Of a stretch of 64,000 bases of DNA, positions 51,072 through 59,861 are shown piece by piece (the stretch's first letter is position 1; each line of letters starts with the position of its first letter). The DNA comes from Xanthobacteraceae bacterium (GTDB lineage Bacteria > Pseudomonadota > Alphaproteobacteria > Rhizobiales > Xanthobacteraceae), in contig DATGLS010000054.1 of assembly GCA_035293985.1 (NCBI GenBank), positions 50,245 to 114,244 of the forward strand, written 5' to 3'. The notes under the pieces are model-generated. The model made no database searches. It was not told the DNA's origin and saw only the letters and a program-made list of their open reading frames with translations. The position numbers were made by a program, and so were the translations under genes.

Positions 51072-53102
51072 ATGCCGTTTGCTGAAGCTCGCCGTGAGGG
51101 GACGGCGGGGTCCGGATTTGCCTGGCTGCGCGGGGGGCGCCTCGCGATCGTCGCGTGCGCGCTCGCGTTCGCCGGCGCGCTCGCGCTGCCGGTCGAGGTC
51201 GCGGCGGCGAAATCGGGCCACCACGGCGCCAAGCACGCGGTGAAGAAGAGCGACGACGACGACAACAACAGCGACGCCAGCAACAGCGCCGGCAATGCGA
51301 CCGCGTCGCCGGCCGCGACGCTCAACGGCGAGACCAACGCGGCCGAGCCCGCGCCGAGCGTGAGCGTCACCACCACGCGCAACGGCACGGGCGGCAACCT
51401 GCTGGGCGACCACGGCTCGAACGCGCCGCGCCTCGGCGTCGAGGTCAACAACAGCGGCGCGAGCGTCAACGCCAGCATTCCGCTCGGTGCCCACCATGCG
51501 CTCGAGCCGCCGCACAATCGCATCAGCCATCCGGTGCTGACGATCCCGTTCGAGCATCATCCCGCCGGGCTCGCGCATGTGCTCTCGCCCACGACCCCCT
51601 CGCACGCGCTGTCCTATGGCGACACCGGCACGCCGCTGTTCGGCGGCGGCAATCATGCGCTCACCAACCGGCTGATCCGCAGCGTCACCACCACCTACTC
51701 GGACCACTTCGTCAACCACCTGACCCATTCGCTGCGCATGCAGGAGCCGGGCGGGATGCGCGAGGTCAGCATTCCGAGCGCCAGTGCGGGCGCGCCGCAC
51801 GACCTCGCGACGCGTCTGCAGGAGGCGAAGCACGCGATCGCCGCCGCGGCGGGTCCGCGCGCCGGGACGGCGGCGCCGCGCAGCCCGGCGGCCGTCGTCA
51901 ACAACCGCTTCGCCGGCATCAGCGGCAATGCGCTCGAGGCGCGCATGTTCACGGTGCCGGCGCCCGGCGAGACGCGCTACGTGCCGAACGAGATCGTGGT
52001 CGGCGCGCCGGCCGGGCTCTCGACCGAGCAGGTTGCCGACATCGCGCGCCGCAACGGGCTCGAGCCGATCGCGGGCGGCACGTTCTCGGCGGCGGGCGTG
52101 ACGCTGCAGCGCTGGCGCGTGCCCGCCGACCGGCCGATCGGCGACGTCATCCGCTCGCTGCAGGCCGAGCCCGGCCTGCAGAGCGCGCAGCCGAACTTCC
52201 GCTTCAAGCTCGCCCAGGCGGCGGCGGTCTCGGAGCAGCCGGCGGACGGCTTCTCGGCGCAGTATGCGCCCGCGAAGCTGCATCTCGCGCAGGCGCATCG
52301 GCTGAGCAACGGCGCCGGTGTGCTCATCGCCGTGATCGACACCGGCATCGACCGCACGCATCCCGAGCTCACCGGCGCGATCGCGGCGAGCTTCGACGCG
52401 ATCGGCGCGCGCGAGCCGCCCGACGCGCACGGCACCGCGATCGCGGGCGCGATCTTCGCGCATGGCCGGCTGACGGGCGTCGCGCCGGGCGCGCGGCTGC
52501 TCGCGATCCGCGCCTTCTCGACCGCCGGCCCCGACGCCGAGGCGACCACCATGACGATCGTGCGCAGCATCGAGTGGGCGCAGGCGCACGGCGCGCGGGT
52601 GATCAACATGAGCTTCGCGGGCGCGCATGATCCGGTGATCAGCCGCGCGCTCGCGCAGGCGCGCGCCCGCGGCATCGTGCTGATCGCCGCCGCCGGCAAT
52701 GCGGGGCCCGACTCGCCGCCGCTCTATCCGGCGGCGGATGCGAACGTGATCGCGGTGTCGGCGACCGACATCGACGACCACCTGCTCGACGTCGCCAACC
52801 GCGGCCGGCAGATCGCGATCGCGGCGCCGGGCGTCGACGTGCTGCTGCCCGCCCCGCATGCGCGCTACCAGCTCGCGACCGGCACCTCGTTCGCGGCCGC
52901 CCACGTCGCCGGCATCGCGGCGCTGATGCTGGCGCGGAACCCGCACCTCACCCCCGACGACCTGCGCGCCGAGCTCGTCGCGACCGCGCGCGACCTCGGC
53001 CCCAAGGGCCGCGACGACATGTTCGGCGCCGGCCTCGCCGACGCCTACAAGGCGGTGGTCGCCGCGACGGGCGCCACCCCGCAGACGGTCGCGGCGAAGT
53101 AA
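51072..53102 (+). CDS. S8-family (subtilisin-like) serine peptidase with a long low-complexity N-terminal region
   Basis: 676 aa; VIDTGID (Asp), HGTAIAGAI (His), GTSFAAAHVAG (Ser). Confidence 0.9.
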   Translation: MPFAEARREGTAGSGFAWLRGGRLAIVACALAFAGALALPVEVAAAKSGHHGAKHAVKKSDDDDNNSDASNSAGNATASPAATLNGETNAAEPAPSVSVTTTRNGTGGNLLGDHGSNAPRLGVEVNNSGASVNASIPLGAHHALEPPHNRISHPVLTIPFEHHPAGLAHVLSPTTPSHALSYGDTGTPLFGGGNHALTNRLIRSVTTTYSDHFVNHLTHSLRMQEPGGMREVSIPSASAGAPHDLATRLQEAKHAIAAAAGPRAGTAAPRSPAAVVNNRFAGISGNALEARMFTVPAPGETRYVPNEIVVGAPAGLSTEQVADIARRNGLEPIAGGTFSAAGVTLQRWRVPADRPIGDVIRSLQAEPGLQSAQPNFRFKLAQAAAVSEQPADGFSAQYAPAKLHLAQAHRLSNGAGVLIAVIDTGIDRTHPELTGAIAASFDAIGAREPPDAHGTAIAGAIFAHGRLTGVAPGARLLAIRAFSTAGPDAEATTMTIVRSIEWAQAHGARVINMSFAGAHDPVISRALAQARARGIVLIAAAGNAGPDSPPLYPAADANVIAVSATDIDDHLLDVANRGRQIAIAAPGVDVLLPAPHARYQLATGTSFAAAHVAGIAALMLARNPHLTPDDLRAELVATARDLGPKGRDDMFGAGLADAYKAVVAATGATPQTVAAK

Positions 53103-53134
53103 TCAACAGAGAAGAGAAACCGTCAGCACGAAAA

Positions 53135-53182
53135 CGTCATGGCCGGGCTTGTCCAGGCTTGTCCCGGCCGTCCCCGTCTTGC
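53135..53182. repeat. Family B half-element (copy B4)
   Basis: cgtcatggccgggcttgtccaggcttgtcccggccgtccccgtctt; no matching right arm. Confidence 0.65.
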
Positions 53183-53197
53183 TTGATGGCGCGCGTC

Positions 53198-53266
53198 GGG
53201 TGGGCAAAGGCGGCCGAGCCACCGCGGCCTGTGGCAGGCCGCCACCCGGGCCGCCTTTGCCCACCT
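53198..53266. repeat. Family E palindrome (copy E2)
   Basis: gggtgggcaaaggcggcc ... ggccgcctttgcccacc. Confidence 0.7.
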
Positions 53267-53299
53267 CGACGGCGTGCCAGGACGTGAAAAGGAGGCGCC

Positions 53300-53797
53300 A
53301 TGACCGCGCCGGCGACACCCGAGAAGCACTTTCCCGTCTCGTGGGACCAGTTCCACCGCGATGCGCGCGCGCTCACCTGGCGGCTTGCCGGCGCGGGGCC
53401 GTTCGAGGCGATCGTCGCGGTGACGCGCGGCGGGCTGGTGCCGGCCGCGATCGTCGCGCGCGAGCTCGGCATCCGCGTGATCGAGACCGTGTGCGTCGCG
53501 AGCTACAGCCACCAGGCGCAGGGCGAGCTGCGCCTGCTCAAGGGCGTGGCGGATGGCATCCGCAGCCAGGACGGCGAGCGCGTGCTGATCGTCGACGACC
53601 TCGTCGACACCGGCAAGACCGCCCGCATGGTGCGCGAGATCCTGCCGAAGGCGCATTTCGCGACCGTCTATGCAAAGCCGATGGGCCGGCCGCTGGTCGA
53701 CACCTTCATCACCGAGGTGTCGCAGGACACCTGGATCTTCTTTCCCTGGGACACCGGCCTCGCGTTCCAGCCGCCGATCCGTCCCGGGGGCGAGTAG
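53300..53797 (+). CDS. gpt: Xanthine-guanine phosphoribosyltransferase
   Basis: 165 aa; [16 protein letters not shown]...[18 protein letters not shown] motif ... TWIFFPWD. Confidence 0.9.
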   Translation: MTAPATPEKHFPVSWDQFHRDARALTWRLAGAGPFEAIVAVTRGGLVPAAIVARELGIRVIETVCVASYSHQAQGELRLLKGVADGIRSQDGERVLIVDDLVDTGKTARMVREILPKAHFATVYAKPMGRPLVDTFITEVSQDTWIFFPWDTGLAFQPPIRPGGE

Positions 53798-53947
53798 GCT
53801 GCTGATTCTGCTGCTGTTATCCCAGTTGGGTCACGCTGCCAAAATTGGTCACGGGCTGGCCGCGGCGGGGATCCACTGACATCATTCGATTTTCCAGCTT
53901 TGATTTGCGCCGCAGCTCCCCGATCGAGGCGATTGGCATCTCGAACT

Positions 53948-54076
53948 TGGCTTCGTTCGGGCCGTTTGGCTTCGTTCGGGCCGTTTGGCTTCGTTCGGGC
54001 CGTTTGGCTTCGTTCGGGCCGTTTGGCTTCGTTCGGGCCCGTTTGGCTTCGTTCGGGCCCGTTTGGCTTCGTTCGG
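53948..54076. repeat. Tandem repeat, about 6.7 copies of a 19/20-nt unit
   Basis: TGGCTTCGTTCGGGCCGTT x4 (19 nt), then x2 with an extra C (20 nt), then a 13-nt partial copy; intergenic. Confidence 0.9.
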
Positions 54077-54104
54077 TCAGATCGCGTTTGTCCACCGCCT
54101 CCGC

Positions 54105-54149
54105 CGTCATGCCCGCATTCGCGTCGCGAAGGCGGGCATCCACGTCTTT
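54105..54149. repeat. Family B-related short element (copy B5)
   Basis: cgtcatgcccgcattcgcgtcgcgaaggcgggcatccacgtcttt. Confidence 0.6.
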
Positions 54150-54363
54150 GCCGCCGCGAGGGCAAATGCGCCGTAGCAGCGGCCCCCGTCCCGGCAGACA
54201 TTCTATCAACCCGGCCTGCCATGCGCAAGAACATTCAGTGAACACCGATGCCGCCCGCCGCGCGATCCGCTATCATCGCGCCGACCCGACTTTTGGCGCG
54301 TGTCCTGTTTCGGCGAACCGGGGACCGCTTCGCCGGGACATGTGCAAACCAAGGAGGAAAACC

Positions 54364-54816
54364 ATGGACGCCGTCGCTCCCAAGCATCCCGCCAGCGCCG
54401 ACCAGCATTCGCACGTCGTGCGCCCGGCGCAGATGGAATGGCAGAAGACGCGCTTCGCCGGCTGCGAGGCGAAGACGCTGCTGTTCGACAAGTCGACCGG
54501 CCTCGTCACCGCGCTGATGCGCTTCGCCCCCGGCGCCGTGCTGCCCGACCATGAGCACGTCAAGATCGAGCAGACCTACGTGCTCGAAGGCCGCCTGGTC
54601 GACAAGGAAGGCCCGGCCGCCGGCATCGAGGCGAAGCAGGGCGAGTTCGTCTGGCGCGAGCCCGGCAGCCGCCACGTCGCCTGGTGCCCCGAGGGCGGCC
54701 TGATGCTCGCCATGTTCCAAATCCCGAACAAGTTCTTCGAGAAGGACGGCCGGGTGACGGACGCGAACGGGCAGGATTGGGAGAGTGTATGGGGCGAGAT
54801 GATGGAGGCGGAGTAG
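54364..54816 (+). CDS. Cupin-domain protein (ChrR-like)
   Basis: ORF 53845..54816, start moved to ATG 54364 after AAGGAGGA; PGAVLPDHEHVKIEQTYVLEGRL. Confidence 0.8.
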   Translation: MDAVAPKHPASADQHSHVVRPAQMEWQKTRFAGCEAKTLLFDKSTGLVTALMRFAPGAVLPDHEHVKIEQTYVLEGRLVDKEGPAAGIEAKQGEFVWREPGSRHVAWCPEGGLMLAMFQIPNKFFEKDGRVTDANGQDWESVWGEMMEAE

Positions 54817-54821
54817 CCGCT

Positions 54822-54853
54822 TTCGCTCGCGGTGCGAGCTACGGCGCGACAAG
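54822..54853. repeat. Family G 32-nt direct repeat (copy 1)
   Basis: ttcgctcgcggtgcgagctacggcgcgacaag. Confidence 0.7.
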
Positions 54854-54908
54854 GTCCGCCTTCGCGCGGCGGGCCACGGCGGCCAGGGCCGCGAGCACCC
54901 ATCATAAA

Positions 54909-54969
54909 CCCGTCACCCTGAGGCGGCCGCGCGAAGCGCGGCCCTCCAAGGGCGAGGGCCGGTGAGGGG
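54909..54969. repeat. Family C short variant (copy C3)
   Basis: cccgtcaccctgaggcggccgcgcgaagcgcggccctccaagggcgagggccggtgagggg. Confidence 0.65.
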
Positions 54970-55040
54970 CCGCTTGCTCCAGGCTTTCTTCACTGCCGCA
55001 TGCTAGAAGCGCGGCGTCCGGGCTACGGCGGACATCCGCC

Positions 55041-55072
55041 TTCGCTCGCTGTGCGAGCTACGGCGCGACAAG
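55041..55072. repeat. Family G 32-nt direct repeat (copy 2)
   Basis: ttcgctcgctgtgcgagctacggcgcgacaag; one mismatch to copy 1; ends 1 nt before tRNA-Leu. Confidence 0.7.
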
Positions 55073-55073
55073 A

Positions 55074-55161
55074 GCGGGCGTGGCGAAATGGTAGACGCAA
55101 GGGACTTAAAATCCCTCGGCGCGAAAGCGCTGTGCCGGTTCGAGTCCGGCCGCCCGCACCA
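55074..55161 (+). tRNA. tRNA-Leu (anticodon UAA)
   Basis: 88 nt, class II: acceptor GCGGGCG/CGCCCGC, anticodon arm AGGGA-CTTAAAA-TCCCT, long variable arm, T arm GCCGG-TTCGAGT-CCGGC, A-CCA end. Confidence 0.93.
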
Positions 55162-55410
55162 ACATTCATCCCATATAGGATCGAAGCCTCATTCGAGGGC
55201 ACCATCTCCACAGGCCGACCAAAATGAGGCCAGGCCAACATCCTGCAGATTTTGCGCCACCGCCATGCGGCCCTCCCGTAGTGCTCGCGCCGGCCGTAGG
55301 CCCGGCTCGGGACTCGCCGATTTGGCGCTTGCCTAAACTGAAAAATAAGCCTCTCGCTCCCTATATTGGATCGTGTACAGTTTGGATTCGGAGTAGGATC
55401 GGGGAACACG

Positions 55411-55608
55411 ATGACGGACGCGCTACGCACACTGCTGGAAGCTGCAAAGAAGGCCCAACCCACCGCGGAACAACGGGAGCAGCAGCGGCGGAGCTTTGCC
55501 TTTGGCAATACCGCGTTCGAAAACAGTCTGATCACGAGAGAGATGGTGGATCGTCAGGCTGAGCAGCTTGCGCGAGAGGTCCATGACCAACTCGCCGTCC
55601 GAAAATAA
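55411..55608 (+). CDS. VbhA-like small protein, putative Fic antitoxin
   Basis: ORF 55366..55608, start moved to ATG 55411; RRSFAFGNTAFENSLITREMV aligns with the VbhA inhibitory helix, with NTAFEN at the position of (S/T)xxxE(G/N). Confidence 0.5.
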   Translation: MTDALRTLLEAAKKAQPTAEQREQQRRSFAFGNTAFENSLITREMVDRQAEQLAREVHDQLAVRK

Positions 55609-56272
55609 GAAGCGGGACAGCAGGGCGCTTGAGCCGGATCTAATTACAGACCCTCAGCAGAAGGCTGAAGCCGAAGCCCGGAACGGGCTTCGGCAATATG
55701 ACGCAGGCATTCGATCAATCCAAACGGCGCTTGAGCGGGGCTCGTTCAAGCTCCGGCTGTCGCTGATTCTAGCATTACATCGCGAAGCTCTCGCGGGGAT
55801 CAGTACGTATGCGGGAAATTTTCGACCCGCTGGCGTGGCGATCCGGGGGAGCAAGCATGAACCGCCGGGTGCTCACCTAGTGCCCGAGTTGGTTGAGGAA
55901 CTGTGCGATTATGTGAACGACAATTGGGATAAAGCGAGCCCGATCCATTTAGGGGCCTACCTGATGTGGCGACTGAATTGGATCCATCCGTTTGCCGATG
56001 GCAACGGCAGGACTTCTCGGATTCTGTCCTATGTTGTTCTTTCAATTCGGGCTGGGTTCGTCGTGCCGGGCACCCCAACCATTCCTGACCAGATCGTCAG
56101 CAATCGCGACCCCTACTTTGAGGCGTTGGATGCGGCCGACGAGGCGTATAGCAAGAGGAACGTCATTGACGTGACGAAGATGGAAGGTTTGATCGGAGCC
56201 CTGCTCGCGAACCAACTCGCCGAGTTCTACAAAGCTGTAGGAGGCAGGCTACCGGGTGAAGAGCCGCGATAA
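55583..56272 (+). CDS. Fic-family protein
   Basis: ORF 55568..56272; canonical Fic motif HPFADGNGRTSR; overlaps the upstream small ORF by 26 nt. Confidence 0.85.
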   Translation: MTNSPSENKKRDSRALEPDLITDPQQKAEAEARNGLRQYDAGIRSIQTALERGSFKLRLSLILALHREALAGISTYAGNFRPAGVAIRGSKHEPPGAHLVPELVEELCDYVNDNWDKASPIHLGAYLMWRLNWIHPFADGNGRTSRILSYVVLSIRAGFVVPGTPTIPDQIVSNRDPYFEALDAADEAYSKRNVIDVTKMEGLIGALLANQLAEFYKAVGGRLPGEEPR

Positions 56273-56360
56273 GGCACGCTCCTCGGGCTCATGCAGTCGA
56301 CACGCCACTCTACTCGACCGGTTTGTTGCGGGCTGCACGGTGCCCTCGGAATGCCGACCT

Positions 56361-56950
56361 TCACGCGCCCCGCGTCGAACGAGGAAGGCTCGCGCATTGC
56401 GATGCTTTCTCGTCTCCGATTAAGTCTACAACCACTCGAGATGGCGCGGCAAACCCGCATGCGCGCGGCGATAAGCGCTCCTAAGACCGCAACGCTCAGC
56501 GCCGGCTCCGGAGCAACTTCCCGACAGGCTCATACGCAAGCAGATCGACCGTAGCGGCAAGGAACACCTCCCTATATCGTTCGGCGCAGATGCGACTTGC
56601 TTTGCGCTCATCGATCACTGCGACTGCCCTGGTTTCAACGCATAACCGATAGTGGCGGCCTTCCCGTCATCCAGTGTCACAGCGGCGTCGCTGATCACGA
56701 GTCTTCGAAGCATTTCCAACCGATCGCTCCAAGAGACACCACCCGAAAGAAACCCAATTCAGCCAGCCGCTGCGTGAGCTCGGCATCTTTACGCCCCTTT
56801 GGCACTGTTCCTCAACTCTCCCATAACGACATCGGACACGACAATGCGTTGGCCAAAACACGACAGGATGTCGACGGCCTGCCCTGTCGCGTTCAAATTG
56901 ATGGCGGTACTCGCGTCTAGTGCGATTTTGGTTGGATCGCCTGTTTCCGC
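56361..56950 (-). pseudogene. PIN-domain gene broken by several frameshifts and stops
   Basis: Pieces lie in three minus-strand frames: KIALDASTAINLNATGQAVDILSCFGQRIVVSDVVMGEL / DAELTQRLAELGFFRVVSL / VTLDDGKAATIGYAL / AVIDERKASRICAERY...TVDLL / LIAARMRV / LIGDEKASQCASL. Confidence 0.55.
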
Positions 56951-56971
56951 TCTTAGCAAAGGGAGTTTTTG

Positions 56972-57295
56972 TTATCGTTGCTTTCGTAGCTTTTTCACCC
57001 GGGGCTCCCCGGGGCATGCAGGCGTCCATCCCTCCTTCCGCAACTCGCCGCATACAGGGTGCGGATAACAATTATTTTCCAAATTCACCCAATTTGCATG
57101 TGCGTTGCACTCCTGGAAAGCGCGCCAACCACTTAGTCCGTGCCGTAGAATGCGATTGTACATGCAGGCGTTAGCGTCGTGGTCTTGTTTAAGAAATCTC
57201 AGGTCATCATTCATCGACCGGATGTCGCACTCCGCAGCCTTCCCCTCGCGGACAAAACAAAAAGCAATAACAGCCAACACCAAGCCGCACTTCAT
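56972..57295 (-). CDS. Exported Cys-rich small protein
   Basis: ORF 56972..57316, start moved to MKCGLVLAVIAFCF; 8 Cys after the signal peptide; no domain recognised. Confidence 0.5.
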   Translation of the reverse strand: MKCGLVLAVIAFCFVREGKAAECDIRSMNDDLRFLKQDHDANACMYNRILRHGLSGWRAFQECNAHANWVNLENNCYPHPVCGELRKEGWTPACPGEPRVKKLRKQR

Positions 57296-57442
57296 ATTCT
57301 TCCTCCTTGACAGCAACGTTCACCCATTGTGGGCAACGTGGCACATCAGGGGTTGACTTGCAAGGCGACCGGCGCAGTTCCGCTCTGACGTTTTCTTATT
57401 GCCGTAGCCATCTGTTAGGGATGCATTAGAATGTAGTTCGAG

Positions 57443-57469
57443 AGCCGTGGCGTTCTCACGGCTATTTTT
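57443..57469 (+). terminator. Orphan Rho-independent terminator
   Basis: AGCCGTG-gcgttct-CACGGCT followed by ATTTTTG; no plus-strand CDS upstream. Confidence 0.5.
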
Positions 57470-57969
57470 GTTGTCCGCTTTGACGATAAACGCATCTCAA
57501 CCTTAAATACAATCCCCTTCTGAAGTTTCTAATAAGCGGGATCAACAGCGGCTGCATTACGATCTGCTTCCATAAAAACACGATGGATAAGCCGAATCCG
57601 TTCACGCACGAAGGTGCGCGAAAAAATTATCAGACGAGCGACTATCGCAGTACATGGCATAGACCCCAAGCGCTTGGCGGCTCAATATGGTGTTCGCGTC
57701 TGCGCCACGGACGAGATGGTCCACCCGCATGGCCTGCGGACGCTCCCCGAGAAACGCCCGTTCGCTTGCGCGGTCGATGAGATGGACATGCACGCGCGTT
57801 GGCTGAATATCGCCGGGAAGACCAGCAACCCTGAAGGCGCTCTGCAAAACCTACTTGTGCGCGATGCGCTGTTCACCGATCATGTGAGGAAGGGAGAGGG
57901 CCGGCCTTCCTGCGATCGCGGTCGACGCCTCGATGAGTGAAGATTCTCTGGTTGAACGCGTTGCCAGGC

Positions 57970-58017
57970 GAGAGCAAGCGGCTCCCCATCTTGCGCGCGG
58001 GGGAGGGGAGCGCAGGC
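57970..58017. repeat. Family D partial copy (D4)
   Basis: gagagcaagcggctccccatcttgcgcgcgggggaggggagcgcaggc. Confidence 0.6.
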
Positions 58018-58367
58018 GGCGCGCGCGGTCGAGATCGGCGCCGTGCGTCTTGAAGCGCCGCGCTTCAGGCGCGGCGTTGAGTCGAAGTGCGAGATGCTCC
58101 CCCGCGACCCAACGCTGTCTCTGCAGAATGCTACGACCATCCAGGGCGCCGCCCGAGCGGCGGCTTCACGGCATCGCGAGCGCCGTGAGGGTGAAGACGG
58201 CGACGCAGAGGCCCCCGACGGTCCAGCCGAGGATGGCGAGGGTCTGGCGTTCATTCAGCATGTTCGTCTCGCTTATGCTCGGCTCGGCGTGGTTGCGGGC
58301 GGCCTGACGCGGGGCGTGCAATCTTCGGGGCCGGGAGGCCGCATCGCGGCGGCCTCCCGTTCGACGT

Positions 58368-58622
58368 TTACTTGATGTCCACCCAGGTCTCGCCCCGCCA
58401 GTAGCCACGGCCCTCGTGCTCGTGGAATTTGATCGAAGGGCCAGGCTTCCAGCTGTCCTCGTGAATGACGACATGGGACTCGGCCGGGTATTTGTATCTT
58501 TCCTTGACGTGCCAGCAGACATCGCCACTGCACGCGACGTCGGCCACGGCGCTCGTGGCGAAGAACGCAACAGCCGCGGCGCCGATCGCGGCGCCGAAAA
58601 AGGTTTTAGTCGCACGGGTCAT
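58368..58622 (-). CDS. Exported small protein (84 aa)
   Basis: ORF 58368..58745, start moved to ATG 58622 after AGGAGG; signal MTRATKTFFGAAIGAAAVAFFATSAVA, then CSGDVCWHVKERYKYP. Confidence 0.65.
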   Translation of the reverse strand: MTRATKTFFGAAIGAAAVAFFATSAVADVACSGDVCWHVKERYKYPAESHVVIHEDSWKPGPSIKFHEHEGRGYWRGETWVDIK

Positions 58623-58660
58623 ATTCCAAGCCTCCTGGAATGACCCTCCCCAGGGTACGA

Positions 58661-58685
58661 AACTACACACGAGCGCTCCTGTTCC
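58661..58685 (-). promoter_or_regulatory. Candidate EcfG-type promoter (GGAAC-N16-AGTT)
   Basis: Minus strand GGAAC (58685-58681), 16-nt spacer, AGTT (58664-58661), about 40 nt upstream of ATG 58622. Confidence 0.3.
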
Positions 58686-58806
58686 CTGAAAGCCGCGCGG
58701 CCGCCACGCGGCCGCCCCATGTTCGGTGCGCGGAACCGGACTCATCTCCCAGAGTTCTCATCCTGCAAGCGAGGATGAACTCGCGAACCTTACAGGGAGC
58801 AAACCC

Positions 58807-58887
58807 ATGCCAGTCATTCTGTTTTGGGGAATTCCGGTTCTGCTCGTCGTCGGTGGCGGCGCTTACTGGATCGCCCACCTTCACTGA
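58807..58887 (+). CDS. Unannotated 26-aa hydrophobic peptide
   Basis: MPVILFWGIPVLLVVGGGAYWIAHLH; GGGAG about 8 nt upstream of the ATG; below the ORF-track size cutoff. Confidence 0.4.
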   Translation: MPVILFWGIPVLLVVGGGAYWIAHLH

Positions 58888-58949
58888 CGCCGTCTCGACT
58901 ATTCGGGGATGCCGGCTGCGTGCCGGCATTCCCCGCACGCGCCTTGCTC

Positions 58950-59255
58950 TCAAAGCAGCGCGACGCTTTGCACGCGCACCACGATCTCGTCCTGGCGGAA
59001 GAGTCGCTCGAGCTTTCGCCGATAGGTTTTCCACCAAGAGCGTGCAATCCGAGGCGTCATCACCTCGAAAATGACGATGTCGTCCGTTTTCGTCTTGCGG
59101 CCTGAAATCCACGGTCCGTGCGCCGGCGATCGCGCATAGGCCGTGAGACCACCGAAACGCTCCATCAAGTCGGCACGGACGCGCGAATAGAGCTCGGGCT
59201 CGAATCGGCGACCCCGGTTGTCGCGAAGCGGGAGAAAGATTTGCACGAGCTTCAT
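58950..59255 (-). CDS. Conserved hypothetical protein (101 aa)
   Basis: MKLVQIFLPLRDNRGRRFEPELYSRVRADLMERFGGLTAY...IVIFEVM; pattern recalled from a widespread uncharacterised family (not searched). Confidence 0.6.
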   Translation of the reverse strand: MKLVQIFLPLRDNRGRRFEPELYSRVRADLMERFGGLTAYARSPAHGPWISGRKTKTDDIVIFEVMTPRIARSWWKTYRRKLERLFRQDEIVVRVQSVALL

Positions 59256-59471
59256 GAGGTCGGCGCTCGATTGAACCTGCGTCCTTGATGCCGGATCCGG
59301 TCTGTTTCGACGATGAAAACCAGTTTCTAGATGGAGTTAATAACGGCCACTTGCCAATCTCACGTTTTGTATTCGAGGCCTCGTCGAGGAAAGACCAAGC
59401 TTTGAAATGGCGGGCCGTGTGTTGGCGCTCGCGCGGCCGAGACGGGAGGGCCGCACGAATGCGGGCTCGCG

Positions 59472-59630
59472 TCAGTGGTTATTCCTGACGGCTACTCGTT
59501 CGGCTCGCTCCGCCTGGACGAGGTATCGGCGCGCGAGATCCCGATAGTATCGCGCAAGGGTAGGGATGGCGCAGCGCTCGGCGACCTGCGCGAAAATCTC
59601 GGCCTGCTTGCGGTAGAAGGTGGGGTCCAT
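59472..59630 (-). CDS. Unannotated 52-aa helical protein
   Basis: MDPTFYRKQAEIFAQVAERCAIPTLARYYRDLARRYLVQAERAERVAVRNNH; below the ORF-track cutoff. Confidence 0.4.
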   Translation of the reverse strand: MDPTFYRKQAEIFAQVAERCAIPTLARYYRDLARRYLVQAERAERVAVRNNH

Positions 59631-59861
59631 GGGCTCTCACTCTGCGCTTCTCGCTCGTGATAATGCCGCAGGATTTCACATCGTTCCGGGATCGCACGAG
59701 GACGGGCGTGCGAGCGCGGCACCATCATGAGATCAGGGGAATGCAATGCCGGTCGCGCGCTTTCTTGGCGAGCTGATGGTTCGACCTCGTCGGTGCGCCG
59801 ACGCGGCGGCGCATCATGCTTTGCGCGGCTTTGCGCGGTTGATGCCACAAAGGGAGTCGAG

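Larger units (their letters stand above)
55162..59700. mobile_element. Putative degraded genomic island 3' of tRNA-Leu
   Basis: Visibly lower G+C than the flanks (not computed); contains TA-type genes, pseudogenes and orphan small ORFs; no integrase or terminal direct repeat found; right boundary approximate. Confidence 0.4.

Noticed and set aside
53948-54076. CRISPR array
   Set aside because: The units are contiguous with no spacers, are only 19-20 nt long, and no cas genes are nearby. This is a plain tandem repeat.
53845-54363. N-terminal 173-codon extension of the cupin ORF, and the ORFs 53668..54234 and 53817..54245
   Set aside because: They are translations of the tandem array and repeat elements. 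A strong AAGGAGGA-ATG start at 54364 fits the cupin domain.
55162-55410. Integrase or att duplication next to tRNA-Leu
   Set aside because: No ORF with tyrosine- or serine-recombinase motifs was found in any frame, and no second copy of the tRNA 3' end was found downstream by eye.
57602-57876. A tyrosine-recombinase C-terminal remnant on the minus strand (GADANTILSRQALGVYAMY)
   Set aside because: The resemblance to the G.D...I...LGH...T..Y box is weak, the HxLRH box is absent, and there is too little sequence to support the call.
57583-57940. Plus-strand ORFs of 65 and 108 aa (MDKPNPFTHEGA... and REKIIRRATIAVHGIDPKRLAAQYGVRV...), with minus-strand ORFs over the same region
   Set aside because: No motif was recognised and no metallopeptidase HExxH is present despite a faint ImmA-like N-terminal look. 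The frames conflict and the start codons are weak. These are possibly another gene remnant but are not supportable.
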